Below, piece after piece: positions 18,245 through 28,481 of a stretch of 64,000 bases of DNA. This stretch comes from Clostridia bacterium (lineage in GTDB: Bacteria; Bacillota; Clostridia; UBA1381; UMGS1253), in NCBI GenBank assembly GCA_045652745.1, contig JAZRUW010000015.1, positions 3,120 to 67,119 of the forward strand. The letters run 5' to 3'. The notes under the pieces were generated by a model, which made no database searches, was not told the DNA's origin, and saw nothing but the letters and a program-made list of their open reading frames with translations. The translations under genes were made by a program, and so were the position numbers. The number at the start of each line of letters is the position of its first letter. Position 1 is the first letter of the stretch.

Positions 18245-19546
18245 ATGAGTACATTATTATCTGTATCCATCGCGCTTTTGGGCGGCCTTTTGATGACAAG
18301 ACTGTTCAAACCGCTGAAGTTGCCGAGTGTAACGGCATACTTGATTGCCGGTATTTTAATCGGTCCGTACTGCTTAGGGCAGCTCGGTATTGCCGGTCTC
18401 GGTTTTGAAAATGCGCAGGCAGTGCATGCTTTGGAGTTGGTTTCCAGCGTAGCGCTCGGCTTCATTGCTTTTTCCATCGGTAGTGAATTCCGTATGGAAG
18501 ATTTAAAGAAAATCGGTAAGCAGGCCTTTGTAATCGGTATTTTGCAAGCTTTGGTAGCAACCTTGTTTGTAGATATCGCCCTCTTTGTTGTACATATGAT
18601 TATGCCGGATAAGCTCAGCGTGCCGCAGGCAATTACCCTTGGCGCAATCGCAACGGCAACCGCACCGGCGGCAACACTTATGGTTGTACGTCAGTACAAA
18701 GCAAAGGGGCCGCTCACAGATTTGCTTTTGCCGATTGTAGCGCTCGACGACGCTGTAGGTTTGATTGTATTTGCGGTATGCTTCGGTATTGCAAAAACAC
18801 TCACCAGCGGTCAGGTGGATATGATTTCCATCCTGGTAAATCCGCTTGTGGAAATCGTGGCTTCTTTGGCGCTCGGCGCAATCATGGGTTGGGTACTTAC
18901 ACAGATTGAAAAACTGTTTAACTCCAATACCAACAGACTCAATATGTCTATCGCATTTGTATTTGTTACCGTAGCGCTTTCGATGGTGAAATTTAACATC
19001 GGTCCGGTGCATGTCGGCTTCTCTTCGTTGCTTGTATGCATGATGCTCGGTACGGTATTTTGCAACATCTGTCCGTTGTCGGAGGATGTTATGGAAAGAA
19101 CGGAAAAGTGGACTTCTCCGCTTTTGGCACTCTTCTTTGTAATCAGTGGTGCAGAACTTGAATTAAATGTATTTGCTGATTGGGCAATTGTGGTTATCGG
19201 TATGGTATACATCATCTTCCGTTCGATTGGTAAATATTCCGGTACATTTGTAAGTGCTAAGATGACAAAGTGCAGCCCGGAAATTTGCAAATATCTCGGC
19301 ATCACACTTTTGCCGCAGGCAGGTGTGGCACTCGGCATGTGTACAATTGCCGCAAGTGCTTGGCCGGCAGAGGGTTCGCTTATTCGAAACATCACGTTGT
19401 TTGCCGTGCTGATTTATGAACTGTTTGGCCCGCTCTTTACACGTATGGCGTTGCAGGCTGCGGGTGACATTCAGCCGATGAGCGACGAAGTGAAGATGCG
19501 CCGTCAGACAAAATTGGCAGAAGCAGAAAGCAAGAAGAATCAATAA
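18245..19546 (+). CDS. cation:proton antiporter (CPA2 family)
   Basis: Promoter TTGACT-17-TGgTATAAT lies at about 18154-18183. N-terminus LPSVTAYLIAGILIGPYCLG is typical of Kef/NapA-type exchangers. No C-terminal RCK/TrkA domain. Confidence 0.75.
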   Translation: MSTLLSVSIALLGGLLMTRLFKPLKLPSVTAYLIAGILIGPYCLGQLGIAGLGFENAQAVHALELVSSVALGFIAFSIGSEFRMEDLKKIGKQAFVIGILQALVATLFVDIALFVVHMIMPDKLSVPQAITLGAIATATAPAATLMVVRQYKAKGPLTDLLLPIVALDDAVGLIVFAVCFGIAKTLTSGQVDMISILVNPLVEIVASLALGAIMGWVLTQIEKLFNSNTNRLNMSIAFVFVTVALSMVKFNIGPVHVGFSSLLVCMMLGTVFCNICPLSEDVMERTEKWTSPLLALFFVISGAELELNVFADWAIVVIGMVYIIFRSIGKYSGTFVSAKMTKCSPEICKYLGITLLPQAGVALGMCTIAASAWPAEGSLIRNITLFAVLIYELFGPLFTRMALQAAGDIQPMSDEVKMRRQTKLAEAESKKNQ

Positions 19547-19601
19547 TTTGAAGCCGAACATCCTCCGATGTTCGGCTTTTCATTGAAAGAAGGGTGTATT
19601 T

Positions 19602-20858
19602 ATGGGAAATATAAAAAATAATCTGAAGTTCTCCTGGGACTATCTGAAAACCTTTTTAAAATGGATTTTGGTTGCGGTATTGGTTGGCGGTATCGGTGGC
19701 TGTATCGGCAGTGTGTTTCACCTTACGATTGATTATGTGACCGAGCTTCGCGCACAGTATACATGGATTTTATTTTTCCTGCCGGTTGGCGGTTTGGTGA
19801 TTGCAGGTATTTATGACATTTTCAAAAAGAAAGGCAAGCTGGATACCAACCGTGTGCTTTTGGCGGTAACGAGTGAGGAAAAGGTGCCCCTTGTCATGGC
19901 ACCGCTGATTTTTGTCAGCACCGTGCTTACACATTTGCTCGGCGGTTCGGCAGGCCGCGAGGGTGCGGCGCTGCAGCTGGGCGGCAGTATTGGTTACAAC
20001 ATCGGCCGAGCGGTACGCTTAAATCAAAGGGATATGCATATTGTGGTGATGGCGGGCATGAGTGCTGTGTTTGCCGCGCTCTTCGGTACACCGCTGACAG
20101 CGGCGATTTTTGCCATTGAGGTCGTTTGCGTCGGCGTGATGCATTATGCGGCGCTTTTGCCGTGTGTGCTTTCCGCGATGGTGGGCGCAGGACTTGCAAA
20201 GGCGTTTGGTCTGCACCCGGTACATTTTGAGGGCGTTGCGCTTTTAAATGTGGGCGCTTTGGATGTGGTCCGTGTAATTGCGGTGGCGGCGGCTTGTGCG
20301 TTGGTGAGTATTTTGTTTTGTAATTCCATTCACTACTGCGAACATTTCATGGAAAAAATCTTGAAAAATAAATATTTGCGCGCATTTGTCGGCGCAATTG
20401 TGATTGTGGGATTGACACTTTTGCTCGGCACACGCGATTACAACGGTGCAGGGATGGATGTGATTACACGCGCCATCGGAGGGCAGGCAAACTGGGAAGC
20501 CTTTGCACTTAAAATCATTTTCACGGCAATCACCATTGCCGCAGGATTTAAAGGCGGCGAAATCGTACCGGCCTTCTTTATTGGTTCGACCTTCGGTTGT
20601 GTACTTGGCTCGCTTTTGGGACTGGATGCCGGTTTCGCGGCGGCGGTTGGTTTTGTCGGCGTATTCTGCGGCGTAGTCAACTGTCCGATTGCATCGACGA
20701 TGCTTGCTCTGGAGGTGTTCGGCAGCGAAAATATTTTGCTGTTTGCACTTGTATGTGCAATTAGCTATATGCTTTCCGGCTGCTTCGGACTTTATAAAAG
20801 TCAGAAAATTGTGTATTCCAAATTGGATGCACACTATATTGACATAGATGCAAGATGA
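19602..20858 (+). CDS. ClC-family anion channel/antiporter (possibly fluoride-type CLC-F)
   Basis: Has GGSAGREGAALQLGG and GGEIVPAFFIG in place of the canonical GREGP and GxFxP. No GSGIP motif is seen. Confidence 0.75.
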   Translation: MGNIKNNLKFSWDYLKTFLKWILVAVLVGGIGGCIGSVFHLTIDYVTELRAQYTWILFFLPVGGLVIAGIYDIFKKKGKLDTNRVLLAVTSEEKVPLVMAPLIFVSTVLTHLLGGSAGREGAALQLGGSIGYNIGRAVRLNQRDMHIVVMAGMSAVFAALFGTPLTAAIFAIEVVCVGVMHYAALLPCVLSAMVGAGLAKAFGLHPVHFEGVALLNVGALDVVRVIAVAAACALVSILFCNSIHYCEHFMEKILKNKYLRAFVGAIVIVGLTLLLGTRDYNGAGMDVITRAIGGQANWEAFALKIIFTAITIAAGFKGGEIVPAFFIGSTFGCVLGSLLGLDAGFAAAVGFVGVFCGVVNCPIASTMLALEVFGSENILLFALVCAISYMLSGCFGLYKSQKIVYSKLDAHYIDIDAR

Positions 20859-20945
20859 AACGCAAAAGCCTATAAAAGGTTGAAAAAGAAAACGGCGTGT
20901 GATACAATGGGGCAAAATCAGGACAATCATGGGAGGAACATCTGT

Positions 20946-22316
20946 ATGCGCGGAAAATATGAGCTGGATATGTGTAACGGTCCGGTGCTGAAAAATGTGC
21001 TTTTGTTTGCAATTCCTTTGGTATTGGCAAGTGTTTTGCAGCTTTTATATAATGCGGCAGACTTGATTGTTGTCAGCCGTTTTGCTGGCTCTGCGGCTAT
21101 GGCGGCCGTGGGAGCGACGAGCTCGGTTTCAGGATTGATTACCAATGTGTTCATCGGCTTTTCACTCGGCGCAAGTGTCGCGGTTTCGCGTGCGTTCGGC
21201 GCAAGAGATGTAAAAGGAATTCATGAAGCGGTACATACGGCGATGCTGCTTTCTGTCATTGTCGGTTTGTTTGCCGGTGTTGTAGGCTTTGTATTTGCCC
21301 GTCCGCTTCTGGAGCTAATGGGTACGCCGGAGGGCGGCGTTTTAGACGGTGCGATTTTATATATGCGCATCATTTTCCTTGGTGTGCCGGCATCGCTTGT
21401 GTATAACTTCGGCGCGGCCATACTGCGCGCCATCGGCGACACGAAAAGACCGCTGTATATTTTGGCGGCAACCGGTGTAGTTAATGTAATTTTAAATTTG
21501 GTTTTGGTTATCGGTTTTCACATGGACGTAGCCGGCGTTGCGATTGCAACCATCGTAGCAAACTATTTGTCTGCGGCGGCAGTTTTAATGACGCTGATGC
21601 GTTCGGAGGGCGCGTATCGTTTGGATATCCGTTTACTGAAAATCCATAAACAATCCCTCAAAGAAATTTTGCGTGTAGGTTTGCCGGCAGGTATACAGTC
21701 CTCCTTTTTTGCGCTGTCTAATACAGTGGTGCAGGCAGGTGTAAATTCCTTTGGTGAGATTACAATTGCAGGCGCGACAGCGGGGAGCAATATCGAGGGC
21801 TTTGTCTATGTGTCTATGAATGCGTTTTATCAGGCAACTCTGACCGGCGTAAGCCAGAATTACGGTGCAAAAAATGAGAAAAATATAAAAAAGTATATGT
21901 ATATTCCGATGATTTGTGCGGTGTTTGCAGGGGTTGTGCTTGGCGGTTTGTGCATCGTGTTTTCCCGTCCGCTTTTGGGTATTTACATTACGGACTCTGC
22001 GGAGGCAATTGAAATTGGAGTTGTCCGTTTGTGGATGACAACGGCACCGTATTTTTTGGTCGGTATTATGGAATGTTTGGTGGGTGCAATTCGCGGACTC
22101 GGTTCTTCCACCATTCCGGCAATTACGAGCTTCTTGGGCACCTGCGGTGTGCGCATGATGTGGGTGTTTTTAGTGATGACGTTGCCGGCATGGCACACGC
22201 ATGAGCTTTTGTTTGTCGCATGGCCGGTTTCGTGGATGTTCGTTATTGCTTGTCATGCGATAACGCTGGCGATTATCAAACCGCGTGCGCTTCGCAAAAT
22301 GCGGGAACAGCAATAA
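20946..22316 (+). CDS. MATE-family efflux transporter
   Basis: ATG at 20946 follows GGGAGG. MATE N-terminus (LLFAIPLVLASVLQLLYNAADLIVVSRF). Confidence 0.8.
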   Translation: MRGKYELDMCNGPVLKNVLLFAIPLVLASVLQLLYNAADLIVVSRFAGSAAMAAVGATSSVSGLITNVFIGFSLGASVAVSRAFGARDVKGIHEAVHTAMLLSVIVGLFAGVVGFVFARPLLELMGTPEGGVLDGAILYMRIIFLGVPASLVYNFGAAILRAIGDTKRPLYILAATGVVNVILNLVLVIGFHMDVAGVAIATIVANYLSAAAVLMTLMRSEGAYRLDIRLLKIHKQSLKEILRVGLPAGIQSSFFALSNTVVQAGVNSFGEITIAGATAGSNIEGFVYVSMNAFYQATLTGVSQNYGAKNEKNIKKYMYIPMICAVFAGVVLGGLCIVFSRPLLGIYITDSAEAIEIGVVRLWMTTAPYFLVGIMECLVGAIRGLGSSTIPAITSFLGTCGVRMMWVFLVMTLPAWHTHELLFVAWPVSWMFVIACHAITLAIIKPRALRKMREQQ

Positions 22317-22412
22317 TTTTACAAGGCGCGTCGGCGCCTTTTTTATTGCTTTTTTTCAAATTTTCCTTTATAATAGAAAGGAATGGATATACTGTTAACG
22401 GAGGCGAAAAAC

Positions 22413-23855
22413 ATGGGAAATTTATCTGCGCTTGAACCGAAGCGCGTATTTGAATATTTTGAAGAAATATGCTCGATTCCGCACGGCTCGGGCGACATGG
22501 AAAAAATCAGCACGTACTGCCTGGATTTTGCAAGATTGCATGGGCTGAAGGCGGTGCGCGACAGCGCAAACAATGTCATTATTTATAAAAATGCTACGCC
22601 CGGATATGAGGCGGCCGCGCCGGTGATTTTGCAGGGGCATTTGGATATGGTATGCCAAAAAACACCGGAGAGCAATGTGGATTTTGAACAAGACGGAATT
22701 TGCCCGTATATCGATGGTGATTTTGTAAAGGCGAAGGGTACGACGCTCGGCGCAGACAACGGCATTGCCGTAGCCATGGCGCTGGCGATTTTAGCAAGTG
22801 ATGATATTGCGCACCCTGCGATTGAGGCGCTGTTTACCACGGACGAGGAAACCGGCATGTACGGTGCAATGGCGCTGGATGCCAAACTTTTAAAGGGGAA
22901 GAAGATGCTCAACATTGATGCCGAAGAGCCGGGCACGGTGACGGTATCTTGCGCCGGAGGCAGTAATTTTCATATGACGATGCCGTTTGTGCGTGAGCGC
23001 GTACGCGGTACACACATAACGGTGCGTATTGCGGGATTACTCGGTGGTCATTCCGGTATTGAAATCCATAAAGGGAGAGTCAATGCGGATATTTTGATGG
23101 GCAGACTCTTAAGTGAGGCCAAATCCGTTGCTGATTACAGACTCATTTGCGTAGACGGCGGTGATAAGGGCAATGCGATTCCGCTTTCGTGTACGGCTCA
23201 GCTTGTGGTGGAAAATCCGCAGGTGTTTGCGCCGAAGCTGCAGTATTGTATGGATATGATTTGCAGGGAAATTGCTGACCGCGAGCCGCAGGCCGAGCTT
23301 TCGGTCCAAATCGGACAAATCGGTGAATTTGACATTTTGCCGTTGCAGACGAGCGATGCGCTGACAGCGCTTCTGTTATGCGCGCCGAATGGTGTACAGA
23401 CGATGAGTGCAAGCATTGACGGCCTGGTGGAAACCTCGTTAAATCTCGGTGTTTTAAAGACACAGGATGCGGCTTTGGAACTTTTGTTTACCCTGCGCTC
23501 CAACAAGCAATCCGCGCTTGACTTTTTGGAAAAGAGATTGTTTGCACTTGCAAAACTGTTCGGTTGCAAAACAAAAACGGATGGGCACTATCCGCCGTGG
23601 GAGTATAAGGCTGATTCTGAATTGCGCGAACTTTATAAGACCTGCTACCGCGAGATGTGCGGCGAGGAAGCGAAGGTGGAGGCTATTCATGCAGGGCTGG
23701 AATGTGGTGTGTTTGCTTCTAAGATTGCAGATTTGGATTGTATTGCCATCGGACCGGCACTCTTTGATGTGCATACCGTAAACGAGCGCCTCAGTATTTC
23801 GTCTACGGCGCAGACTTATGAACTTGTAAAGCAAATTTTGGCGGCTTGCAAATAA
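22413..23855 (+). CDS. pepD: aminoacyl-histidine (Xaa-His) dipeptidase
   Basis: ATG at 22413 follows ACGGAGG. Motifs IPHGSG, LQGHLDMV, GADNGIA and TTDEETGM are present. Confidence 0.85.
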   Translation: MGNLSALEPKRVFEYFEEICSIPHGSGDMEKISTYCLDFARLHGLKAVRDSANNVIIYKNATPGYEAAAPVILQGHLDMVCQKTPESNVDFEQDGICPYIDGDFVKAKGTTLGADNGIAVAMALAILASDDIAHPAIEALFTTDEETGMYGAMALDAKLLKGKKMLNIDAEEPGTVTVSCAGGSNFHMTMPFVRERVRGTHITVRIAGLLGGHSGIEIHKGRVNADILMGRLLSEAKSVADYRLICVDGGDKGNAIPLSCTAQLVVENPQVFAPKLQYCMDMICREIADREPQAELSVQIGQIGEFDILPLQTSDALTALLLCAPNGVQTMSASIDGLVETSLNLGVLKTQDAALELLFTLRSNKQSALDFLEKRLFALAKLFGCKTKTDGHYPPWEYKADSELRELYKTCYREMCGEEAKVEAIHAGLECGVFASKIADLDCIAIGPALFDVHTVNERLSISSTAQTYELVKQILAACK

Positions 23856-23932
23856 AGGTTTACAACTGCCGCGATTTATGGTACAATAAGTCGAATCAAA
23901 TAGCCGCACTTTGCGGCGGAACGGAGTAAAAT

Positions 23933-25837
23933 ATGAACAACAATCAAAACTTCAAGCCGTATATTCCGGCGGAGAAGGTAACACCGGAAATTACGGTGAC
24001 CTCCATTATTATGGGTATTCTCCTTTCGGTCATTTTCGGCGCGGCCAATGCATATCTTGGCCTCAGAGTCGGTATGACGGTTTCGGCCTCCATTCCGGCT
24101 GCCGTAATCGCGATGGGTGTTATCCGCGTGATTATGCGCAAAAACTCGATTCTGGAAAGCAACATTGTACAGACCGTAGGCTCTGCGGGTGAGTCCCTGG
24201 CGGCAGGTGCAATCTTCACCTTGCCGGCGTTGTTTTTGTGGGCAGCGGAAGGCACAATGGACAAACCGGATATCATCAGCATTACGCTGATTGCGCTTTT
24301 GGGCGGTCTTTTGGGCGTATTCTTTATGGTGCCGCTTCGTAATGCGCTGATTGTAAAAGAGCACGGCATTTTGCCGTATCCGGAAGGCACGGCATGTGCA
24401 GAAGTGCTTTTGGCGGGTGAAGAAGGCGGCGCAAAGGCTTCTACCGTATTTGCAGGTATGGGCTTTGCCGCAGTATTTAAATTTATCATCGACGGCTTAA
24501 AACTTGTTGCAGGTGAGATTTCCTATACGTTTAAGGGTTTTGCAGGAACAATCGGTACACAGATTTATCCGGCAGTTATGAGCGTAGGTTACATCTGCGG
24601 TGCAAGAATTTCTTCGTATATGTTTGCCGGCGGTCTGCTTAGCTGGATGGTTATCATTCCGCTGATGATGCTCTTTGGTGCAGATGCGACATTGGCTCCG
24701 GGTACGGCACCGATTGGTGCTTTGTTTGCAGAGGGCGGTGCCGGCGCACTTTGGGGCACTTACGTACGTTACATTGGTGCAGGTGCACTTGCGGCCGGCG
24801 GTATTATCAGCCTCATCAAATCGCTTCCGCTGATTGTAAAGACATTTGCGGGCGCAATGAAGAGCGTAGCCGGCACAAAGGGCGGCTCGAACTTGCGTAC
24901 CGAGCAGGATATGAGCTTGAAGGTTGTGCTGATTGCTATCGCAATTCTGACCTTGCTTGTATGGCTCGTTCCGGCAATTCCGGTAACACTTATTGGTGCG
25001 GTAATTGTTGTTATTTTCGGTTTCTTCTTCGCAACCGTATCTTCCAGAATGGTTGGTCTGGTCGGCAGCAGTAACAATCCGGTTTCCGGTATGGCGATTG
25101 CTACGCTGCTTATTACAACACTTATTTTGAAGTTTACGGGTATGGCAGGCGCAACCGGTATGCAAAGTGCAATTGCCATCGGTTCGATTATCTGTATCGT
25201 ATCTGCTATCGCAGGTGATACCTCGCAGGACTTAAAGACAGGCTTCCTGCTTGGTGCAACGCCGAGAAAGCAGCAAATCGGTGAAATTATCGGTGTTGTT
25301 GCGGCGGCATTTGCCATTGGCGGTACGCTTTATCTGCTCGACTCCGCTTGGGGCTTCGGTAGTGACGAACTTGCGGCACCGCAGGCAACACTTATGAAAC
25401 TGATTATCGAAGGCGTTATGGAAGGCAATCTGCCGTGGTCTTTGGTATTCGTGGGTGTATGTATTGCTATTGTGGTAGAGGTTATCGGTATTCCGGTGCT
25501 TCCGTTTGCCATCGGTGTATATCTGCCGGTACAGCTCAACGCTTGCATTATGGTCGGCGGCTTGTTGCGTTTGGCAATGGATAAGATGAGAAAGCCGGAA
25601 GAAGAAAAGAAAACCATCACAAATGATGGCGTGCTCTTCTGCTCGGGTATGATTGCAGGTGAAGGCCTTGTGGGTATTTTGCTTGCTGTACTTGCCGTAT
25701 TCGGTGTAGGCGAAGCCATTGACCTTTCTGCAAAACTTTCGCTCTCCCCGGCATTTATGAACATTGGCGGCCTCGTGGTATTTGCGCTCGTGATTTTGTC
25801 GGTGCTCAAATTCTCCCTGTGGAAGAAGCGTAAGTAA
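23933..25837 (+). CDS. OPT-family oligopeptide transporter
   Basis: 634-aa polytopic protein with an OPT-type N-terminus (ITVTSIIMGILLSVIFGAANAYLGLRVGMTVSASIPAAV). Confidence 0.8.
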   Translation: MNNNQNFKPYIPAEKVTPEITVTSIIMGILLSVIFGAANAYLGLRVGMTVSASIPAAVIAMGVIRVIMRKNSILESNIVQTVGSAGESLAAGAIFTLPALFLWAAEGTMDKPDIISITLIALLGGLLGVFFMVPLRNALIVKEHGILPYPEGTACAEVLLAGEEGGAKASTVFAGMGFAAVFKFIIDGLKLVAGEISYTFKGFAGTIGTQIYPAVMSVGYICGARISSYMFAGGLLSWMVIIPLMMLFGADATLAPGTAPIGALFAEGGAGALWGTYVRYIGAGALAAGGIISLIKSLPLIVKTFAGAMKSVAGTKGGSNLRTEQDMSLKVVLIAIAILTLLVWLVPAIPVTLIGAVIVVIFGFFFATVSSRMVGLVGSSNNPVSGMAIATLLITTLILKFTGMAGATGMQSAIAIGSIICIVSAIAGDTSQDLKTGFLLGATPRKQQIGEIIGVVAAAFAIGGTLYLLDSAWGFGSDELAAPQATLMKLIIEGVMEGNLPWSLVFVGVCIAIVVEVIGIPVLPFAIGVYLPVQLNACIMVGGLLRLAMDKMRKPEEEKKTITNDGVLFCSGMIAGEGLVGILLAVLAVFGVGEAIDLSAKLSLSPAFMNIGGLVVFALVILSVLKFSLWKKRK

Positions 25838-25840
25838 GTT

Positions 25841-26191
25841 ATGAAAAAAAAGAAAAACATCATCACACAAAATTATCTGGAAAAAATCCCGATGCGCCCG
25901 CCGCAGCTTGCATGGAATGCAGATGCGGAAGGTAAAGTGACATTGGAGATTGAAAATAAAGGTGCATTTAACCGCATAGCGCAAAAACTTTTTAAAAAGC
26001 CGCGCGTAAGTTATGTGCATTTAGATGAAACCGGCAGTTTTGTCTGGCCGCTTTTGGACGGTGAAAAAGACATCATTGCCATCGGTAAGCTCGTTGAAGA
26101 AGAGTTCGGCGAAAAGGCAAATCCGCTGTATGAACGTCTTGCAAAATATTTTCAGATTTTAGATAGTTACGGATTTATCTTTTGGAAGTAA
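25841..26191 (+). CDS. PqqD-family (RRE-like) protein
   Basis: Starts 3 nt after the OPT stop. C-terminal half LDETGSFVWPLLDGEKDIIAIGKLVEEEFGEKANPLYERLAKYFQILDSYGFI matches the PqqD pattern. Confidence 0.65.
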   Translation: MKKKKNIITQNYLEKIPMRPPQLAWNADAEGKVTLEIENKGAFNRIAQKLFKKPRVSYVHLDETGSFVWPLLDGEKDIIAIGKLVEEEFGEKANPLYERLAKYFQILDSYGFIFWK

Positions 26192-26330
26192 ACAGTCAAA
26201 AGCGACTCGGTTCAGGCGAAGGCCTTTTCGAGTCGCTTTTGTTATTTTTGCTTAATGATTTAACCGCAGACATTTATCCGTGGGGGAAAAAGGTGCTTCG
26301 GATTTATAGAGTGTAGGAGATTCAATTAAC

Positions 26331-26374
26331 AAAAAATCCTTTGGGTTGAAACTGAAAACCCAAAGGATTTTTTT
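26331..26374. terminator. bidirectional terminator (mnmE 3' end)
   Basis: AAAAATCCTTTGGGTT/AACCCAAAGGATTTTT with flanking A/T runs. Confidence 0.8.
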
Positions 26375-27755
26375 ATTTGCCAACGCAGAAATTTGCGAAG
26401 ATTTCATTTACAATGTCGGCGGAAACGCTTAGGCCTGTAATTAACCCCAAATGCTCCAGTGCGGCATTTACGTCAATAACGCACATATCGGCCGGCATAC
26501 CGTCTGCAAGCGTCTGTGCGGCCGCGCAAAGCGCCGTACGTGCATCGCGCAGTGCACGGATGTGGCGCAGGTTGGAAAGCACGTTGTCCGCGGCGCGAAT
26601 TTGCTTTGTGCGACAGATTTCACAGATGGTATTACGAAGTACATCCAGCCCCTCGCCCGAGTGCGTGCTGATTTGCACCAAAGGTGCATCTGTCCGCAGG
26701 GTAGAAGCAGCATCTGCATCTGTCTTGGTTTCTAAATCGGATTTGTTTAACACGATAATGCACGGCTTGTCCGCAATGGCCTCGGCACATTCTCTGTCCT
26801 CGTCCGACAAAGCGCTGTTGCTGTCTAAAAGCAATAAAACAAGGTCGGCAGCCTGAATATAGTCAAGCGTTTTTTGTACGCCGATTTGTTCTACTGCGTC
26901 GGCCGTTTCGCGAATGCCGGCAGTGTCAAACAAACGCAGAGCAATACCGTCTATGGTAACAGTCTGCTCTATGACATCGCGCGTTGTACCCTGAATGTCG
27001 GTAACAATCGCACGGTCAGAATGGGTTAGCGCGTTTAAAAGCGAACTTTTACCCGTATTCGGCTTGCCGGCAATTACACAGGTGATGCCGTTTTTCGCCA
27101 TACAGCCGTCCTGTGCGGTGGCAAGCAGACTGTCGCAATCCGCAATAGCCTTTTCTAAAATTTCAGAAAGCTTTTCCTCGGTCAGCTCCGCAATGTCATC
27201 ATCGGGATAATCTACAGCAGCGGCAAACTGTGCACAGCAGTATAACAGTGGTTCACGGATTTTGTTAATTCTGCGCGCCAAACCACCGTCGAGTTGCGCA
27301 ATGGCACTCTTGAGTGATGCATCGGAATCGGCATGAATCACATCCAGCACGGCTTCGGCACGCGTTAAGTCAATTCTGCCGTTTAAAAAGGCACGTTTGG
27401 TAAATTCACCGGCCTCGGCCATGCGCACGCCGCTACCGAGCAATACATCCATCACTTTGGACAGTACCGTCGGCGAGCCGTGCGTGGAAATTTCAACGAC
27501 ATCCTCTGCGGTAAAGGTACGTGGTGCACGCATCAGCGTGACAAGGACCTCGTCAATTTTTTCTTTTGTTTCCGGATTGTGTACAAAACCGTAATGCACG
27601 GTGTGTGTTTCCCTTTCGGCAAGGCTCCTTTTATCTGCGGCCCGGAAGATGCGGTCGGCCGCAGAAACGGCATCCGGTCCGCTGATGCGGATGGTACCAA
27701 TACCGCCTACGCCCTGTGGTGTGGCAATTGCCGCAATTGTATCTGTAGTGTTCAT
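26373..27755 (-). CDS. mnmE: tRNA modification GTPase MnmE
   Basis: G1 motif GKPNTGKSSLLN, DTAGIRE, NKSD and the C-terminal CVGK are present. Confidence 0.95.
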   Translation of the reverse strand: MNTTDTIAAIATPQGVGGIGTIRISGPDAVSAADRIFRAADKRSLAERETHTVHYGFVHNPETKEKIDEVLVTLMRAPRTFTAEDVVEISTHGSPTVLSKVMDVLLGSGVRMAEAGEFTKRAFLNGRIDLTRAEAVLDVIHADSDASLKSAIAQLDGGLARRINKIREPLLYCCAQFAAAVDYPDDDIAELTEEKLSEILEKAIADCDSLLATAQDGCMAKNGITCVIAGKPNTGKSSLLNALTHSDRAIVTDIQGTTRDVIEQTVTIDGIALRLFDTAGIRETADAVEQIGVQKTLDYIQAADLVLLLLDSNSALSDEDRECAEAIADKPCIIVLNKSDLETKTDADAASTLRTDAPLVQISTHSGEGLDVLRNTICEICRTKQIRAADNVLSNLRHIRALRDARTALCAAAQTLADGMPADMCVIDVNAALEHLGLITGLSVSADIVNEIFANFCVGK

Positions 27756-27827
27756 ATTCCCACCTTCGTTTCTATAGCCATGTTGATAATAAAGGGATGT
27801 AAACTTGTTTACATCCCTTTGGTTTTC

Positions 27828-28481
27828 TTATTTTTCTTTGTCCTTTAATACAACCACGAGCTTGCGGTTTGGGTCTTCACCGATGGAGTAGGTGGTTACA
27901 TTTTCGTAAGACTGTAGCTTCGAGTGGATGATGCGTCTTTCGTACGGATTCATCGGCTCAAAGGTGTGGCGTCTGCCGGTTCTTTCTACCTTGTTTGCAA
28001 TGCGAACTGCAAGCGCTTCCAATGCTTCTTTGCGCTTTTCTCTGTAGTTTTCGGTATCAATCGTTACCTTGATGTAACTGCCTTTGCCGCTGTTGACAAC
28101 GAGGCTGGTTAAGTATTGAATAGAGTCAAGTGTATCGCCGCGCTTACCGATGATAATGCCCATGTCGTTGCCGCTCAAGTTGATATTCAGCGCATCGCCG
28201 TCAAAATCCGCATCGATTTGTACACGGATACCCATGCTCAAGAACAAATCGCTCAAAAAAGCGGTTGCCTTGTCTGCCGGAGAATCTTTTTTGGTTACGA
28301 TAACACGCGCCTGTGTACCGCCGAGGATACCGAACAGACCCTTACTGCCTTCGTCCAATACTTCGATTTCTACTTGACTTCTGGTTGCGCCGAGTTCTGC
28401 AAGCGCCAGTTCTATTGCGTCGTCCACTGTTTTAGCGGTTTTTTCTGTTCTTTTTAATTGTGTCGATAACAACGATCTCAT
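27828..28481 (-). CDS. jag: Jag/KhpB RNA-binding protein (Jag_N + KH + R3H)
   Basis: N-terminus TVDDAIELALAELG. C-terminal R3H-like segment (EPMNPYERRIIHSKL). The true start is uncertain: the only ATG overlaps yidC by 50 nt, and a downstream GTG is possible. Confidence 0.8.
   Translation of the reverse strand: MRSLLSTQLKRTEKTAKTVDDAIELALAELGATRSQVEIEVLDEGSKGLFGILGGTQARVIVTKKDSPADKATAFLSDLFLSMGIRVQIDADFDGDALNINLSGNDMGIIIGKRGDTLDSIQYLTSLVVNSGKGSYIKVTIDTENYREKRKEALEALAVRIANKVERTGRRHTFEPMNPYERRIIHSKLQSYENVTTYSIGEDPNRKLVVVLKDKEK

Noticed and set aside
18073-19601. Fluoride (crcB-motif) riboswitch upstream of the CPA2 or ClC genes
   Set aside because: By eye, both upstream regions are fully accounted for by a terminator hairpin, a promoter and an RBS. 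There is no conserved riboswitch-like core and too little space before the ClC gene.
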